DNA from: Camelus ferus
Taxonomy: Eukaryota
DNA length: 64,000 nucleotides
Assembly: GCF_009834535.1 (NCBI RefSeq)
Contig: NC_045696.1
Span: 94,676,001-94,740,000, forward strand
Reading direction: 5' to 3'
The translations under genes were made by a program, and so were the position numbers. How positions within the stretch are numbered: position 1 is the first letter of the stretch; every line of letters starts with the position of its first letter. Shown here in pieces: positions 25,591 through 39,060 of this stretch. Below the pieces are notes generated by a model. The model saw nothing but the letters and a program-made list of their open reading frames with translations. It had not been told where the DNA came from and did no database searches.

Positions 25591-27059
25591 CTTATTTATA
25601 ATAAACTTCAAAATCAAATTCTGGAAGATGACAGACATGATATATATTTATTTAATGGTACCAGAGTGAGACACTGTCAGAAATTCTTCTAACAACTACC
25701 AGAGAAGTGGGTAAACAAATTAATTTACGGTCTAGTCCCCCTTTTAGTACAGAGTATGGTTAGTGCAGAGAATGGGAAATGCAAACACCTGCAGGCAGCC
25801 TAGCCAGCAGGTATCAGGTGCAGCAGCGTGGCCTCTGTGTGGGGTAAACTCAACAATTACTAAATCCAGTCTACTTTCCCTTCTCGTCCTCCTCCTCTTC
25901 CTCATTCTCGTTTTTATCCTCATTCTTATTCTTCCTAAGTTAATACTGTACTGGTCAAATACAAAAGAGACCACCTTAAGTTATCAATTTTTGACCCAGA
26001 GTAAATTTGAACTTGAAATTTCAAAGGAGCTTGATCTCACAGATACTGACACAGGACAGAGACAGGACTACAACGTTAGGGCATATTTTGTTAGGAAGTA
26101 ACACATCTAATGGTGGGGGGCAGGGATGAGTAACACTGTTGATCAGGTCTATGAGAGCAGAAGTAATATAAAGACCAGCAGGGATGAGGAAGAGACACAG
26201 ACGGGTCACACAAGAATGATATTATTATAATTTTAATGCCTGGGTTGGAAACTTCTATAGGCTTGAAAATAAATTCCCCAAAGATGGTGACTTTCCTAAG
26301 CTCACAGCTGGCTCTTTTTTTGATCTAAGTCTGTTAGACAGTCAGAGTTACCTAGGACAGGTGTAGAATTTTGTTTCCTATAAGGAAAGAATTAGGTAAA
26401 AGTGCAGCTCTTATTAAACCATAAGTTCCCTGAGAGCTTATTTACCTACAAATAAAATCTTCATCACAGTGCTTTGTACAAAGTGAGGGCTTGATAAACA
26501 TTAGTTGTTTCAAATAGAACTTAATAATGAATAAGCAGTCAGCCTACTCTTTCGAAGGCCTCAGCAGTCCAGGAGTAGAGGAAGAGGAGTACCTGTAAGA
26601 CACAGAAGTAACTCTGGGACATTGAGTCCTGAGGCACATCTCCACGCGGGGCTCCGTGGCAGGCTTGATTAAAATATCCCTCTCTCAGCACCTGGTGTGA
26701 GTTTTTTGTTTTTTATTTTTATTTTTATGCAACATCCCAAATTCCTCCAACTGAAGACTCCATTTGGCTAAGGCATCTCTTTTTAAAAAAAAATCAGTCT
26801 ACACTTTTTAGGGTTAATGTGACGTTAGTCATATAAAGGTGAAGCAATTTAAATTAGGTAGCTTTTTTCTACACATTAGCTGAAATCAGCTTTATTTGTA
26901 GAGATGGGGGATTCTGTGGTTGGTTTGGGAGTAGGAAATATTTTATGGGGAGAGATGGCAGGTTGTCACAGTAAATTGAGAGAACAATCAACAAAGGTGG
27001 GGGCAGGGCAGAGGAATTCCAACTACAGAAGTCTTGTGACTAGTTAAGGTAATCTAAGA

Positions 27060-27222
27060 TCTTGTCCCTCAAAGCATGGTCTGAAGACAATGCTATGGCA
27101 TTATCTGGAAGCTCGTTAGAAATGCAGAAATCTCAGGTTCCACCTTGAGCCTGCTGAAGCAGAATCGGCTTCAAAACCCTCAGGGGTCTTGATGCTCATT
27201 AATGTTTGAGAAACCCTGCTCT
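27060..27222. mobile_element. MER5A-like hAT MITE
   Basis: 'gttagaaatgcagaaatctcagg...ctgctgaagcagaatc...tttgagaaaccctg'. Confidence 0.7.
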
Positions 27223-29069
27223 AAAAAATTATATTTTTACCTCCAAGTATTACCTAATGAAGGTTCTATGACTAAGAAATTCGGAAATGCCTCTGTTCTT
27301 CCTGCTTCTGCTCCAAATGACTTCTTGCTTCTGGGAGCCAAGACATGAGCCTGTGCTGTTACTAATGTATTTTAATTACATTATGGGTTAAGCAGGCTTC
27401 GAAACTAGCCTAAGAGTCAAACCAAGTCATGCAGTATAGCACTATAGGGAAATATGTTCTGATTTCAACAGCTAATACTTATAAATGAGCTATTAGAACA
27501 TGACTCCCTTGTACATTTGAGTTGTCTTTAGTCATCCATACAGAGGCTTATCCTTAGTTCAGAAAACAAAACTGAATTTTCGTCACCAATCTATAAACAA
27601 CGGAGGTAATTAATAATAGAATTTCCATACTCAGTGTCTGTGACAGTGGAGAGAAAAGCAGATATCTGAACAAACAAGAAAATCCCTCAATATCATAAAT
27701 TTACATATGACAAATCATGCTAAAAATTTTTAATTTTCCATTGAATGAAGAAATCAAAAAATAATCAATGAAGTGGAAAATAGGAATTTTTTTCCCTAGA
27801 CTGTTTGTAGCTTAAAGATAGAGCCTTATCTTATTCATCTATCCCTAATATCCAGAAGCCTGCCTAGAACAAAGAAAAGTCTCATTAAGTTGTAAATGAA
27901 TTAATGAATGAGTGACTCAATACCCAATACGACATGTTTAAAGTAAGTCCTAAGAACATATTTGTCAAATCAACAAAAAGATATAAGAATGCACTAAATC
28001 AAAATAATTTAGTCAACAGAAGACCAAGAGTCACGGTGACCAGCACATACATGCTAAATTAAAATGGCATGTTTTACATCACTGAGGATAGAAAGTTAAA
28101 AAAAAAAACCAAACTTTTAACAACTGCACATTGTGTTTAGATGCAACAAAATAGTTTTTTATCAGCAAAGGAGGTAAAATTTGTAAAGGATTATTAAAAT
28201 GAATTAATTTTCTTTGAAGACCTTCAAATCCAGGTAATCATTCATTTGTGGAGTACTACCATCCATGTTCACTGTCAAAAATTCAACCTCTAAAAATACA
28301 AGATAATAAAACCAATTTGCTGATTAATATGTATTTTAAATATTTTGTTCTATGTCATATCTTCTAAGATGGAACTAGAGAATTAAATTTTTAAGACAAA
28401 GTTAACTTTAGAGTTCTATATCCTAACACAAGTCTTTCAAAGAGTTCTACTGAATTATTCTCCCATAGCAAATCAACTAAATGCCTGAAATGTGAGAATT
28501 TTCATAAACATCTCATTTTAATCCAGTTCAGATCACTCAGAAATCTGTCAAGCTCTTCAGTTTTATGAATGGAGTAAAAACTTAATACACTTCAACTGTA
28601 ACAAATACCTAAGGAAAAAGGGACTTTTTAGGTTGACTTTTCTTAAAGCTGAATTGAAGACTGGAGTTTGCCTTTCACCTGTCTGTCCACAAGAAGCATT
28701 TATTTGCAAAAAAGAATCCAGCACCTAAATCCTTTCAGTGTTTACTTTCAATGGCAGCACAGGTCATCACAAGGTTTGCATCTCCAAGACACTGACCACT
28801 TAAATCTATGTACTCAGATTGCTTTTTGAGTAAAAGTTGTCAAAATTTTTTTATTAGTCCTTATTTTTTATTTGTCTTAAAACTACTACTTTTAAGAAGT
28901 GCTCCTCTGAAGTCTAACGTACTGCAATTGTGTGAACAGAGTTCAGAGTCATGTTCTCACTAAGGACACTTTCAATATATAGGTTGTGTATATCCCACTG
29001 CAGGTTTACCCTTTCAGGGTAGATCACCATACCTTTGTGACTCTGCCTGAGCTTCATTTTATATCAACA

Positions 29070-29790
29070 CATGAATTAAAACATGTTTACTGAGTGTCTA
29101 CTGCGGGATAGGCACTTTGGAAACTGAGATACAGCCATGAACAAGACAGGCAAGGTCATGGCTCACAGGGAACATACATCCTCCAGGGGCAAACAAGAAA
29201 CACACAAGGAAATACCAGCTAATGAGAAGTGCTGTGATAACAATAAAATAAACTGATAGACAGCAATTTTAGATTATGTTCTCAGAAAAGGCCTCTCTAG
29301 GAGATTCTATTTAAGCTGAAATGCAGAGAAGGTGGCAGGCATGTAAGCATCCAGGGTAAGGGCTTTGCAGGCAGGCAGAGAACATCTAATGCCAAAACCT
29401 TAAACTGGGGAGAAGCTGGGCGTGCTCACAAAAGAGGGAGAAGTGGGCATGGAAGACAGTGATGGGAAGTGACGTCAGAGTGGAGGGAGAGCTAGATCAC
29501 ATAGGGCCTCTGAGACAAAGGTAAAGAACCTTAATGTGCCTCCTAATTGAAAACAGAAAATCTTCGATATATTTTAAACACAGGAATGACACGATCAGAT
29601 TTGGGACTTAAAAGAGATCAGCCTGGCTGCTCTGTGAAGGAAGGACTGTAGAGGGACAAGGCTGGAAGCCGACAGCCACAGCAGTCCAGGCAGGAGATGA
29701 GAGGGGCTCGGATATTGTGTTAGGAGCAGACATGGAATGAAGTGGATTTTTTTTTTTAAATGATTTGGAGGTTAAAGGCAATAGAGGCAC
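29070..29790 (-). mobile_element. L2 3' region
   Basis: 'tttactgagtgtctactg...atgaacaagacagg...gagctagatcacatagggcct...gcagtccaggcaggagatga'. Confidence 0.85.
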
Positions 29791-30029
29791 CTACAAAATG
29801 TAAAGATTCTACAGCTTTTTACAATGATATGTTTTCCTGTTTTATTTCTAATTTCACAATTAATATTCTTAGAGTTCTGTTCATCTTTGTGGACCAGACT
29901 GGTTGCTAGGATCAGTGTCTTCACAGAACAGTTTGTGTAGACTCCAAAGGTCCCTTCCCCTTATGCTTCTGGGAAATGAGACAGCTCCTAACTCACCACC
30001 TCTCTGAGCAGTTTGGAATATTTTTACAA

Positions 30030-30155
30030 AATGCATGATTTACTGTTTGCCTCTGAGCTCTTTGAGGACAGGGACTGTGTTATATTTATCTTTCTATCAC
30101 CTGGGACTGCAAAATAAATTCCTGATAAATCCATCCATATGCAATAAATGAATAA
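30030..30155 (+). mobile_element. L2 3' end
   Basis: 'tgagctctttgaggacagggactgtgttatatttatc...aataaatgaataaa'. Confidence 0.6.
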
Positions 30156-30383
30156 AGGCTGACATGTTCAATTTCATTTGCTCCATTTCTACTTACATAA
30201 ACTTCACAAGGGCTCTTTAAAACGCATCACATTTGCTATTCTGCCACTTGGAAAAAGATTCTTTTCCCAAGGATAATTCACATTAACTTCCACACTGGGG
30301 TTGTTTGATAATGGAAAATTTTATTTTAAAAATATTCAAAGAAATTGACGTCAGTAGCAATACATGGATGATTATGTTTACAC

Positions 30384-30763
30384 TGTGTTATTTTGCGAGA
30401 GCTGCCATAATAAATGAGCGGGTGGCCTAAGCAACAGAAAATTATTTTCTCACAGTTCTGGGGGCTAGAGGTCCAGGATTCATGTTAGCTGATGGGTTTC
30501 TCCTGCGGTCTCTCTCCTTGGCTTGCAGATGACGAGTCTCACTGTGTCTTCACAGGGCCTTTCCCCTGTGCACACACATGCCCTTGATATCTGTGTTCAA
30601 ATTTTCTTTTTTTATAAGGACACCAGTCAGACTGGATTAGGGCCCACCCCAAAGGCCTCATTTTAACTTAATCACCTCTTTGAAGGCCCTATCTCCACAT
30701 ATAGTCACATTCTGGGGTCCTGGGGGTTAGGGCTTTGGGGGGAACACAACTTACCCTAGGACA
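30384..30763 (-). mobile_element. MLT1A/B-like MaLR solo LTR
   Basis: 'ctcacagttctgggggctagaggtcc...ttataaggacaccagtcagactggattagggcccaccc...tagtcacattctg'; degenerate TSD TACAC/TATAT. Confidence 0.9.
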
Positions 30764-30879
30764 TATATCTTTTGTTAGAAATGCTAACTCATTAGTAATA
30801 AGAAAATAGACACATATTTCAGTGATGACTATATACCAGTCATTAAAACACACACACACAGGCATGCATGCATATTAGC

Positions 30880-31030
30880 CCCATAAGGTAAGTAGTAGTA
30901 TTTACTGACGAAGAAACTGAGGCTCAGAGAACACAGCTTTTGGCAAAAATCCCAGAGACAGGGTGGTGAGGCTAAGATTTAAACACAGATCTTCCTGACT
31001 TCAAGGCCTGTTCTTTCAACCCTATACTGT
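30880..31030 (-). mobile_element. MIR SINE fragment
   Basis: 'tttactgacgaagaaactgaggctcagaga'. Confidence 0.7.
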
Positions 31031-32719
31031 TGCCATCCCTAATAGAATGATCGTAAATCTATCTAATAAAATAGCGCATGTCAAGTACTTGGCACATTGC
31101 CTGACACATAGTGACTCAACAAATGTCAGTTTCCTTCCCCTAACACCACAGGCTTAAAGGACAGTAACACTTAAATCACCCCTTTCTGGCTCTCCTAGTT
31201 TTTCTGGAATGCCAATTTGGAATATGCTTCTTTAAAAGATTGGCCATAATGGTTATTTCTCTTGACTGAGTGTCAAAGCTTGTTCACTTCTTTCGGTGGA
31301 TGCCTCTGTGTACATATGAATTCATAAGAGCTAGATAATGAAAATGCTTTTAAATTTAAAAATAGTTTTCACAATTCTAATGCTTAGCAACTAGCATAAA
31401 AAAGGGAAAGAAAAGCACAGTAACATTCCTTTTCCTTTAAAGACCATTCTGTTTATAAAACCATCTCTAGCTGGGAGTGCTTTAAATCAGCAGGAATTAG
31501 GGCAAAATGGAATGAACTCCAAGTTTAACATAGCAGTAAATTAACTATTCAAGATCTCTACCATGAATAGTATTTACCAATTCATAGAGGTAAAGGTCGA
31601 TGGTAAAATGGAATACGTATGGTAAAATGAAAATTAACTCTCCAAACTAAGAAAACTCCCATTTAGAAATGCAAAGAGAATTCTAAACAGAATTTCTCCT
31701 CTTGTTATTTCACCTGTTACTGCTATAAATGCTATCTCAAAATGCCTAATAATAATAATCAAGGCTTGGTTATGAGATCTGTAATCAATTAAAAAGTGCT
31801 CTAGCACTGACAGTGTAACATGACATATGTGTCTGTTAGTTTCAGGTTTAACCCAAGGGGCAGTCAGTTGCCTTAATGGAGATTCCAGAGATGGGCAGCG
31901 AGCAATTTATCAGAAAATGCCATTTTTCCGAGGTAACTAGTACAAGTGATTCAGCTTTCTGCATCTCAACACCTGAGACTTGGCTAATTAGCATACTAAA
32001 TGTCAGAAGTGGTTTTTATCTGGGAAATTCATGGTTTATTTATAGGCATGATGAATGTTAGAAACGGGCCATTATTGGTGACATTAACGGTATTCGTGGA
32101 TCGCTGAGATTTTTAGGCACATTTTCTATTTCGGGATAAATCTGGTGAATCCTTAAGCTTGGACCAGCAGGAAGGGGACTGGAGGCTGGACCCCTAGATG
32201 CTCTATGTCCATTCATCCATTCTGTGGTTTACTGGCTCTCCAAGGCAGGCTATAAGGGATAGAATCCTGCTTGTGGATTATTTTCTCTATCTCGAGTAAA
32301 CCTTCGTGCAGAATATCTAAAGAATAGAGAGTGGGCATGTCTTCAAGCTTCCAGATTAGGTTGTAAAAACCATTTCTGAACCTGCCTGTTAATAAGTGTT
32401 TGTTAAATAAATGTCTATATGCAGGGCAAAATTGAGTCTGAGATTTATTTTTATTATAAGGCGGTAGGCAGCTTGTTGGGGAGGAGCTGAAACTTTCCCA
32501 CCCAAGGTCTTTTGGGGTCAGACAGGATTCAAGAGTTGTGTATGACCAAAGTGGCTTAGGTCAATTAGAGCAGCATTTTAGGGGATTCTTTTCCATGAAT
32601 TTTAATCTTGAATCTTCTGTGGGAATGTTAAGATGACTCATAGAAAAAATAAAATATATTAAACTTATTTCATGGAATTTAAAACAGACCCTTAATAATA
32701 CTAAACATGAGCTCTCTCA

Positions 32720-32841
32720 GGGAGGGTATAGCTCAGTGGGAGAATTTGTGGCCTAGCATGCATGACGTCCTGGGTTCAATCCCCAGTACCTCCATTAAAA
32801 TAAATAAATAAATAAACCTAATTACTCCCCTAAAAATAATA
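32720..32841 (+). mobile_element. tRNA-Ala-derived SINE (camelid Vic-1-like)
   Basis: GGGAGGGTATAGCTCAGTGG (A box)...GGTTCAATCCCC (B box), (TAAA)n tail; TSD core AAACATGAG at 32703-32711 and 32842-32850. Confidence 0.9.
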
Positions 32842-35834
32842 AAACATGAGATCATTTAAATGAATATTTTCCTCATATGTTAACTTGCAGTTAACATTCT
32901 TTCACAGATTTCTAAAACATGGGGAAAATAACAAAAGTTGCCTTGAGAATTTAGATTATAAATTAAGAAAAGATTTGTCCTCAAGGAGGACAAGGAATTC
33001 AGAAAGGAAAAAAAAAAAAACAAAACAGAAATCAGTGCTCGAAGTCTTAGTTAAATTTCATAAACCATTTTGTGCTGGGTTTGGCAGAACACAAAATGCT
33101 TTTGCCAAATTTTTCTCTCATTATTTAGAGCCACATGTTCTATGAAGAGGATTTAACGCGCATGTTACAAGTGTTTTTATAAATATGCTTTACTAGCAGA
33201 GATTACTGAGCTAAGGTAACCAAGCCTAACATTAGCGCATTATAGCACAAGCCATGGGGTTGCTTTAATTAAACAGTCACTTTCCAAAGGTATGATGGAA
33301 TGGAATTTACCTACAGAGGAAATGGATTTTAGCTGAACCATGAGGAATTGAGGTTGAATATATTTATCACCAGTGGAGATTTATTAAACCTTGTAATATA
33401 TGGAAGGCTTAGGAATGTAACACAGAGTCACTAGACAAATAAAAATTCAGAGTTGGAAGGGGATTTTGGCAAGCTGCAACCTCATTTGGCCTCAGTTTCC
33501 GCTTCTGTAAAATTTAAGAGCTGGTGTACGTTGTCGAATTCCAATCTATTCATATTAAGGACCACCTTTATTATCCACTCACTTACCATGGGGCCTATAT
33601 TTTGAAAATTTGCTAACCAAACTGCATCTAATGACTAATAAATCCTTTCTCAGATTTTTCTTAACAAAACATATTAATCACTGCTTCTGATCAGTGTAAA
33701 ATATCCAGGATTACCACACTGGGTGCATACGCTATTGGCCAAAGCCAAAGAAATCTGATATTTTAGCTAACCTGTGCATGTTGACGAGGGTAAAATTTAT
33801 TATTTCCATCAGACATTTTAAAATATAGGCAGTACCGATTATACGGGGATAATTGGTTCCAGAAGAGGGCCGTTTACAGTGAGTCTGTGTAACAAAGAGG
33901 TCACTGCGCCTTGCAAGTTGAAGCTTAAAATGATGGAAATAGGTTGATTTTATTTCAGTTATCCTTGTAGTTAAGGATCATCTGTATCTAAAGATATCAC
34001 AGAATAATGGGAGCGACAAGAATGCTGTTTTATTTTGATGTAAATTCTTCCCTAACAAGCTTTCACTTCACGTTTAACTTGCTTACAGCTTGCAAGAAGG
34101 GTCACTTGAGGGGGTGTCTAGATAGCGAAGCGCAATACAGCTGGGGCCCAAAGACCTCCTTACTCCTTTGATATGCAAACCCTTGCCTTCTGCTGCACCA
34201 TCATCCTGGTGCCTCATCTCTGACTCAGTTTGCAGTTGATTTTCGTGTTGCACTTGCACTACGTGGTTGAAAGAGCGCAAGCCATCTAGTAACTCTCACA
34301 GAGAACAGAGATGCTGAAGCCGAAGGCAAGGCGAGGTCTATTGGCACAGGGGAATAGCAATGGGCTATTTTTTTTTTTTTTTGTAATAGTTAATTTATGA
34401 GTGATTTTTTTTTTCATATTATAACTACATTCTCCCCTTTGCAAGTTTGTAACCTGGTACCCCTGCCAGAAGTCTCTGAAGAACTCCTGTAAGGAAAATA
34501 GCTCATTGTCTGTTACCCACTGAAAAGCATTATTAACTTGGCTGGTTCAGAACCCCTGACTGAGAACCACTAGATCTTTATTGAAGTCTTTCTTTCTCTA
34601 ATATTCTATACATTTGGTTATACACCCTTTTTTTTTCTGATGTGGAAATTGAGAGCCTGAGGCGTTGTTATTTACTGTAGGTCACATAGTACATTATTGG
34701 CCAAAGCAGATCTAGAATCTGGGTTTTGAGTGTTTTTGGTTTTCTTTTTTCTTTTTTTTTCTTTTGACACTTAAGCATAGTATTTTGTAGTTGCAACTGT
34801 TAATGATTTTATAATCCAAATTGTGCCATGTCTTTAAACTCTAAGATACTATAATTTGATTAAATAGAAATGCTAAATATTAAAAACAATTGTCTCTTCC
34901 TTAGGAAATCCCATGGGTTTTAAAATAATGTCTTTTAAAAAATGTTATATTCTGTTAATTTTAATCAAATCTTTCTATTCTGGAGATTAAAATTAAGCTG
35001 AAAAGTCTGACAGTGGCACTTCAGAACAGCATATTTTGGTACAACTCAACCAAAGGAATCTGATTTGTTTGAAATGTTTTGAAGACTTAGCATCATGTGG
35101 CCTAAATGACAACAAGGCCCTATGTATTCAACCTTCAAAATGGGTACCTGGCTTGAGGGACAGGCAGAGAGTCTTCAGACTCCTACACTAGAACCAGGAG
35201 AGGAGGGAAGAGTTTGAGTATCAGAAATTTTTCAACTCACCCAGAGTTTGGATTCACCTTAAATTAAATTATGGGACATTTCCCTTATAAATTGATGGAT
35301 TTTTTTTTTTTTTTTTTTTTTTTTTACCCCTGGGAAGTCTTGAATAGGAACTCCCAAAGAGCAAGCATGCTTTTGCTGTTCTTCCTAATCTTCCTCTCTG
35401 AGGAGCTATTTAAACAGAAAAATGGGAGAAAAGAACTCTTATTCTACTTTGGGACACATCTGAACAGTGTCAGAGGAGAGTCGTTCATCCTCCCATCAGT
35501 TATCTATGATCAAGTTTTGATAATCTCTCTTGAAGAGTATGAGGGTTTTTTCCCTTTCCTTTTGCTTTTCCCAAATTTATGGAAAGCTTATCTTTCCACT
35601 AACTATTAAACCATCTATCATATGATAAACCAGGTGGTGGAAAACTTAACACTGGTGAAAAAGATGGCCAGTAAGAGATAGGAGATTTAGAATTATTTGA
35701 ATTACTACTAGTTTAAATTTAGGATAGGCACATAATATAACTGTAGAAAATCTTATGGAAATTCAGAAAGATTTTAAATTAAAAAAAAATCACTAATAGA
35801 TAACACTAATAGCTTTTAACTTTTCCAGACTGCA

Positions 35835-36080
35835 GCAGGAAAGAGTGGTTAGGTTCAGGGATCTGAAGCCAGACTGCTCAGGCTCCACCACTTACCAGCT
35901 GATGCCCTGGGGCAAACTTCTTAACCTCAGTGGGCCTCCATGTCCAGTTTCTAGAATGGAGATGATTATAATACCTACTTCACTGGGTTGTTGAGAGAAT
36001 TCAAATGAATTAACATATATGAAGTTCTTAGAACCATGCCTGGCACATGTTAATTTCTATAGTAGTGTTAGTGTTATTAT
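35835..36080 (+). mobile_element. MIR SINE
   Basis: 'ctccaccacttaccagctgatgccctgggg...aatggagatgattataatacctacttca...ttagaaccatgcctggcacat'. Confidence 0.85.
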
Positions 36081-36431
36081 AAATGTATTCTTATAAATCC
36101 CCAACAGACATGTAGACGGATAACCTGACAGATCCTATTTTATAATTAGAGAGACTGGGAAATCACTGATAGTATGTAAAGGAGCAAGGCTAATCTGGAG
36201 GTTTGTACCTGCAGGATCTGGTGCCACTAAAAAAGAAAGAAAGAAAGAAAACCAGCAGGACTATCAATTTCTCTAAATGTGTGAAGAGCACGAACACCAA
36301 ATGTGAAAAAGGAACTGGTGAGGCTGGTGGAGAAAGTTCAGAGTTAATTAGTGGTTAAGAAATGGGTATCACAATTATCTGAGAAATTTCACAGAATGCA
36401 ACCCTTATTTTGATAGCCTGATGGGATGGAG

Positions 36432-36696
36432 CAGTGATTCTCAAAGCTGGGTCCCGAGACCCGCAGCATCTCTTAGGAACTAATTAGGAATATAGATTCT
36501 CAGTTCCTACCCCAGACTTGCTGAATCAGAAACTCTAGGGGTGCTGGGCCTAGCAAACTATGTTTTTACAAAGCCTTCACACTAAGAATTGTGAGCACAG
36601 CAATAGAGAGGTCACGTGAAGACTGATAAACCTCCCCTGGGATTCTAATTCTGACTTACTCGTGTTGACCTCCCTGAAAAGGTTAAGAACCACTGC
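36432..36696. mobile_element. MER5A-like hAT MITE with internal extra sequence
   Basis: CAGTGATTCTCAAAG...ctgaatcagaaactctaggg...AAGAACCACTG termini. Confidence 0.75.
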
Positions 36697-38226
36697 AGAG
36701 ATGAAAATCACCTATAATTAAAGAAAAACAAAATAAATTTTGAAAAAAAATTATCAGGGAGGTAAGAGGGTTTAAAAACATTACTTATTTATTTATGGAC
36801 AAAAGGCCCTTGTCTTCTTAAATTAAATCTGAATTAAAAGATCACCCAGCGTCTGCCTTAAAAGAAACCAAAATGGTTGAAAAATCAAGCGCTTTCTCTG
36901 AAGGGCTTTTGTGTCTCTACAGTTCTACTTTCTGAGCTGAACTAAAAGTGTTTGCTTTTCTTTCTGCCTTACTGACTAGCCTGCAAGATCCAGAACCGTT
37001 TCCATGGCTTGGGCATCTCTATATTTTTGATGCTGATCTAATGTAAGCACTGATAAATGTTTCTCAAAATAACGAATTAATTGAGCCAAATATACTTGTT
37101 ACTTAGGAAGAGTTAGTTGCTGAAATAATGAAGGCATGCTGGAAGTAACGTTTTATTTTCCATGTACAATTTTAGAAAGTAATTTCATAACGTTGCAAAA
37201 GGAATTGTGTTCTTTTCTGTTGGCATATTCTTTTGACACAAGTGAGGAAAATAAAGTGTCTGATTAAAGAAATATGATCAAATTTTTGTTTTTAAAGAGG
37301 CAGTTGAAATGAACTGCTTTCCAAGTATGTATGTCATAATTCTTAGCAGAATTTATTTATATTTCCATGATGTGACACAGCAGATCGCATGGAAAATACA
37401 TATTTCACCTTCGATCTGGTGGTAAGACAAATTGAAAATACTTCCTCTAATTAAAAGGACATTTTATTGTTTTTTATTGATAGATGTGAACTATTATTTT
37501 AAAGGCTGAGGGATGAGAGTGTTAGGGGGAAAAACAACTTCAAATTCACTTGAATCACTGGGCTAGGATCCTGGAGAAATGCTAAGCCCGCAGCCTTCCA
37601 GGGAGAAGACTGGCATTCGCACGCGTGGGTTCTCAGAAGTGCACAGCTGATGGCCAGATGGTGACAGTCTGGGGAGAAGCAGAGCTGTCAGCACCAAGAG
37701 CATTCAGGTTGCATACAGATGTTCTACGTGGGCTGGGACAGAGGGAAACCTGCCTGAGCAAAGATAGAACCTTCGTGCAGGAATTATTTAGGAATAATTC
37801 ATCTAAAATAGTGGGGAAAATAGAAAAATGTCTCCTAGTATTGAATGGATCAGTTAGTAGCTATAAAATACAGAAAACTATGTCTGACATCTTTGAGGTC
37901 ATCCTTCTTGAAATTCTAGTAAATGCAGTAAGGAAAATGTTGCTTTAGTCAACTGACTAGAAGGTAGCAGAGAGCCTTGGGATGCCGCCGGTTAAAAACA
38001 GTACCACCAACAGCCAGATCTGCTTGCTGTATTCCCAGTTTTGCTGGATTCCAGCCTGGAAGTCTGCTGACGGGCTTTCACGCCCCAGCTAGTGATATAA
38101 TCCCCTTGAGGGACAAGGACACTTGGTGCCTAGCAGTTTCCAGTCGACAGTTCCCTCTTGGGCGCTACATGCTTAACCTTGCTGTTGTCCTTAAACCTTG
38201 CTCTTTTCAGAGGCTGAAGTCCACTA

Positions 38227-39060
38227 CAGTAGTCTCCCCTTAACCGCAGTTTCAATTTTCATAGTTTTCAGTTACCTGTGGTCAACTGAGGTCTGAAAAT
38301 ATTAAATTGCAAACTCCAGAAATAAATGATTCATGAATTTTAAATTGCAAGCCGTTTTGAGTAGCGTGATGAAATCTTGCCCTGTCCTACTTTGTCTCAC
38401 CCAGGATGTGAATTATCCACTTGTCCAGTGTATCCTGTCCGTTAGTCACGTGGTAGCCATCTGGATTATCAGAACGACTGTCATGGTATCACAGTGGTTG
38501 TGTTCAAGTCAGCCTTATTTTACTTAATAATGGCCTCAAAGCACAAGAGTAGTGATACTCGCAATTTGGATATACCAAAGAGCAGCTGTAAAGTGCTTTT
38601 TTAAAAATGAAAATGTGAATGTTCTCAACTTAATGAGAAAAAAATCACATGCTGAGGTTGCAAAGATCTATGGTAAGAAGGAATCGTCTATGCATGAAAT
38701 TGTGAAGAAGGAAAAAGAAATTTGTGCTAGTTTTGCTGTTGTACCTCGAACTGCAAAAGTTTTGGCCACAGTGCATGATAAGTGCTTAGTTAAGATAGAA
38801 AAGGCACCACATTTGTATAATAAGATTTTGAGAAAGAGAGAGCATATTGACATAACTTTTATCACAGGCTCTTGTTATAATTATTCTATTTTATTATTTA
38901 TTATTGCTGTTAACCTCTTACTGTGTCTAATTTATAAATTGAACCTTATCACAGGTATGTACATGCAGGAAAAAACGTAGTATGTATAGAGTTGAGTACT
39001 ATCAGCAGTTTTAGGCATCCACTGAGAGTCTTATCCCCTGTGAAGAAGGGGGAACTACCA
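38227..39060 (+). mobile_element. MER44/Tigger7 non-autonomous DNA transposon
   Basis: TIRs CAGTAGTCTCCCCTTA / GAAGGGGGAACTACCA; TA TSD at 38225-38226 and 39061-39062; encodes a Tigger N-terminal HTH remnant. Confidence 0.92.
38570..38820 (+). pseudogene. Tigger7 transposase N-terminal CENP-B-type HTH remnant
   Basis: VLNLMRKKSHAEVAKIYGKKESSMHEIVKKEKEICASFAVVPRTAKVLATVHDKCLVKIEKA; original start mutated and frameshifted. Confidence 0.8.

Noticed and set aside
25763..26101. 112-aa ORF with a hydrophobic TM-like run
   Set aside because: Caused by a (CTC/CTT)-rich low-complexity tract.
32720..32792. tRNA-Ala genes (also 51240-51314 and 62085-62157)
   Set aside because: A-rich tails, TSDs and broken stems identify them as SINEs.
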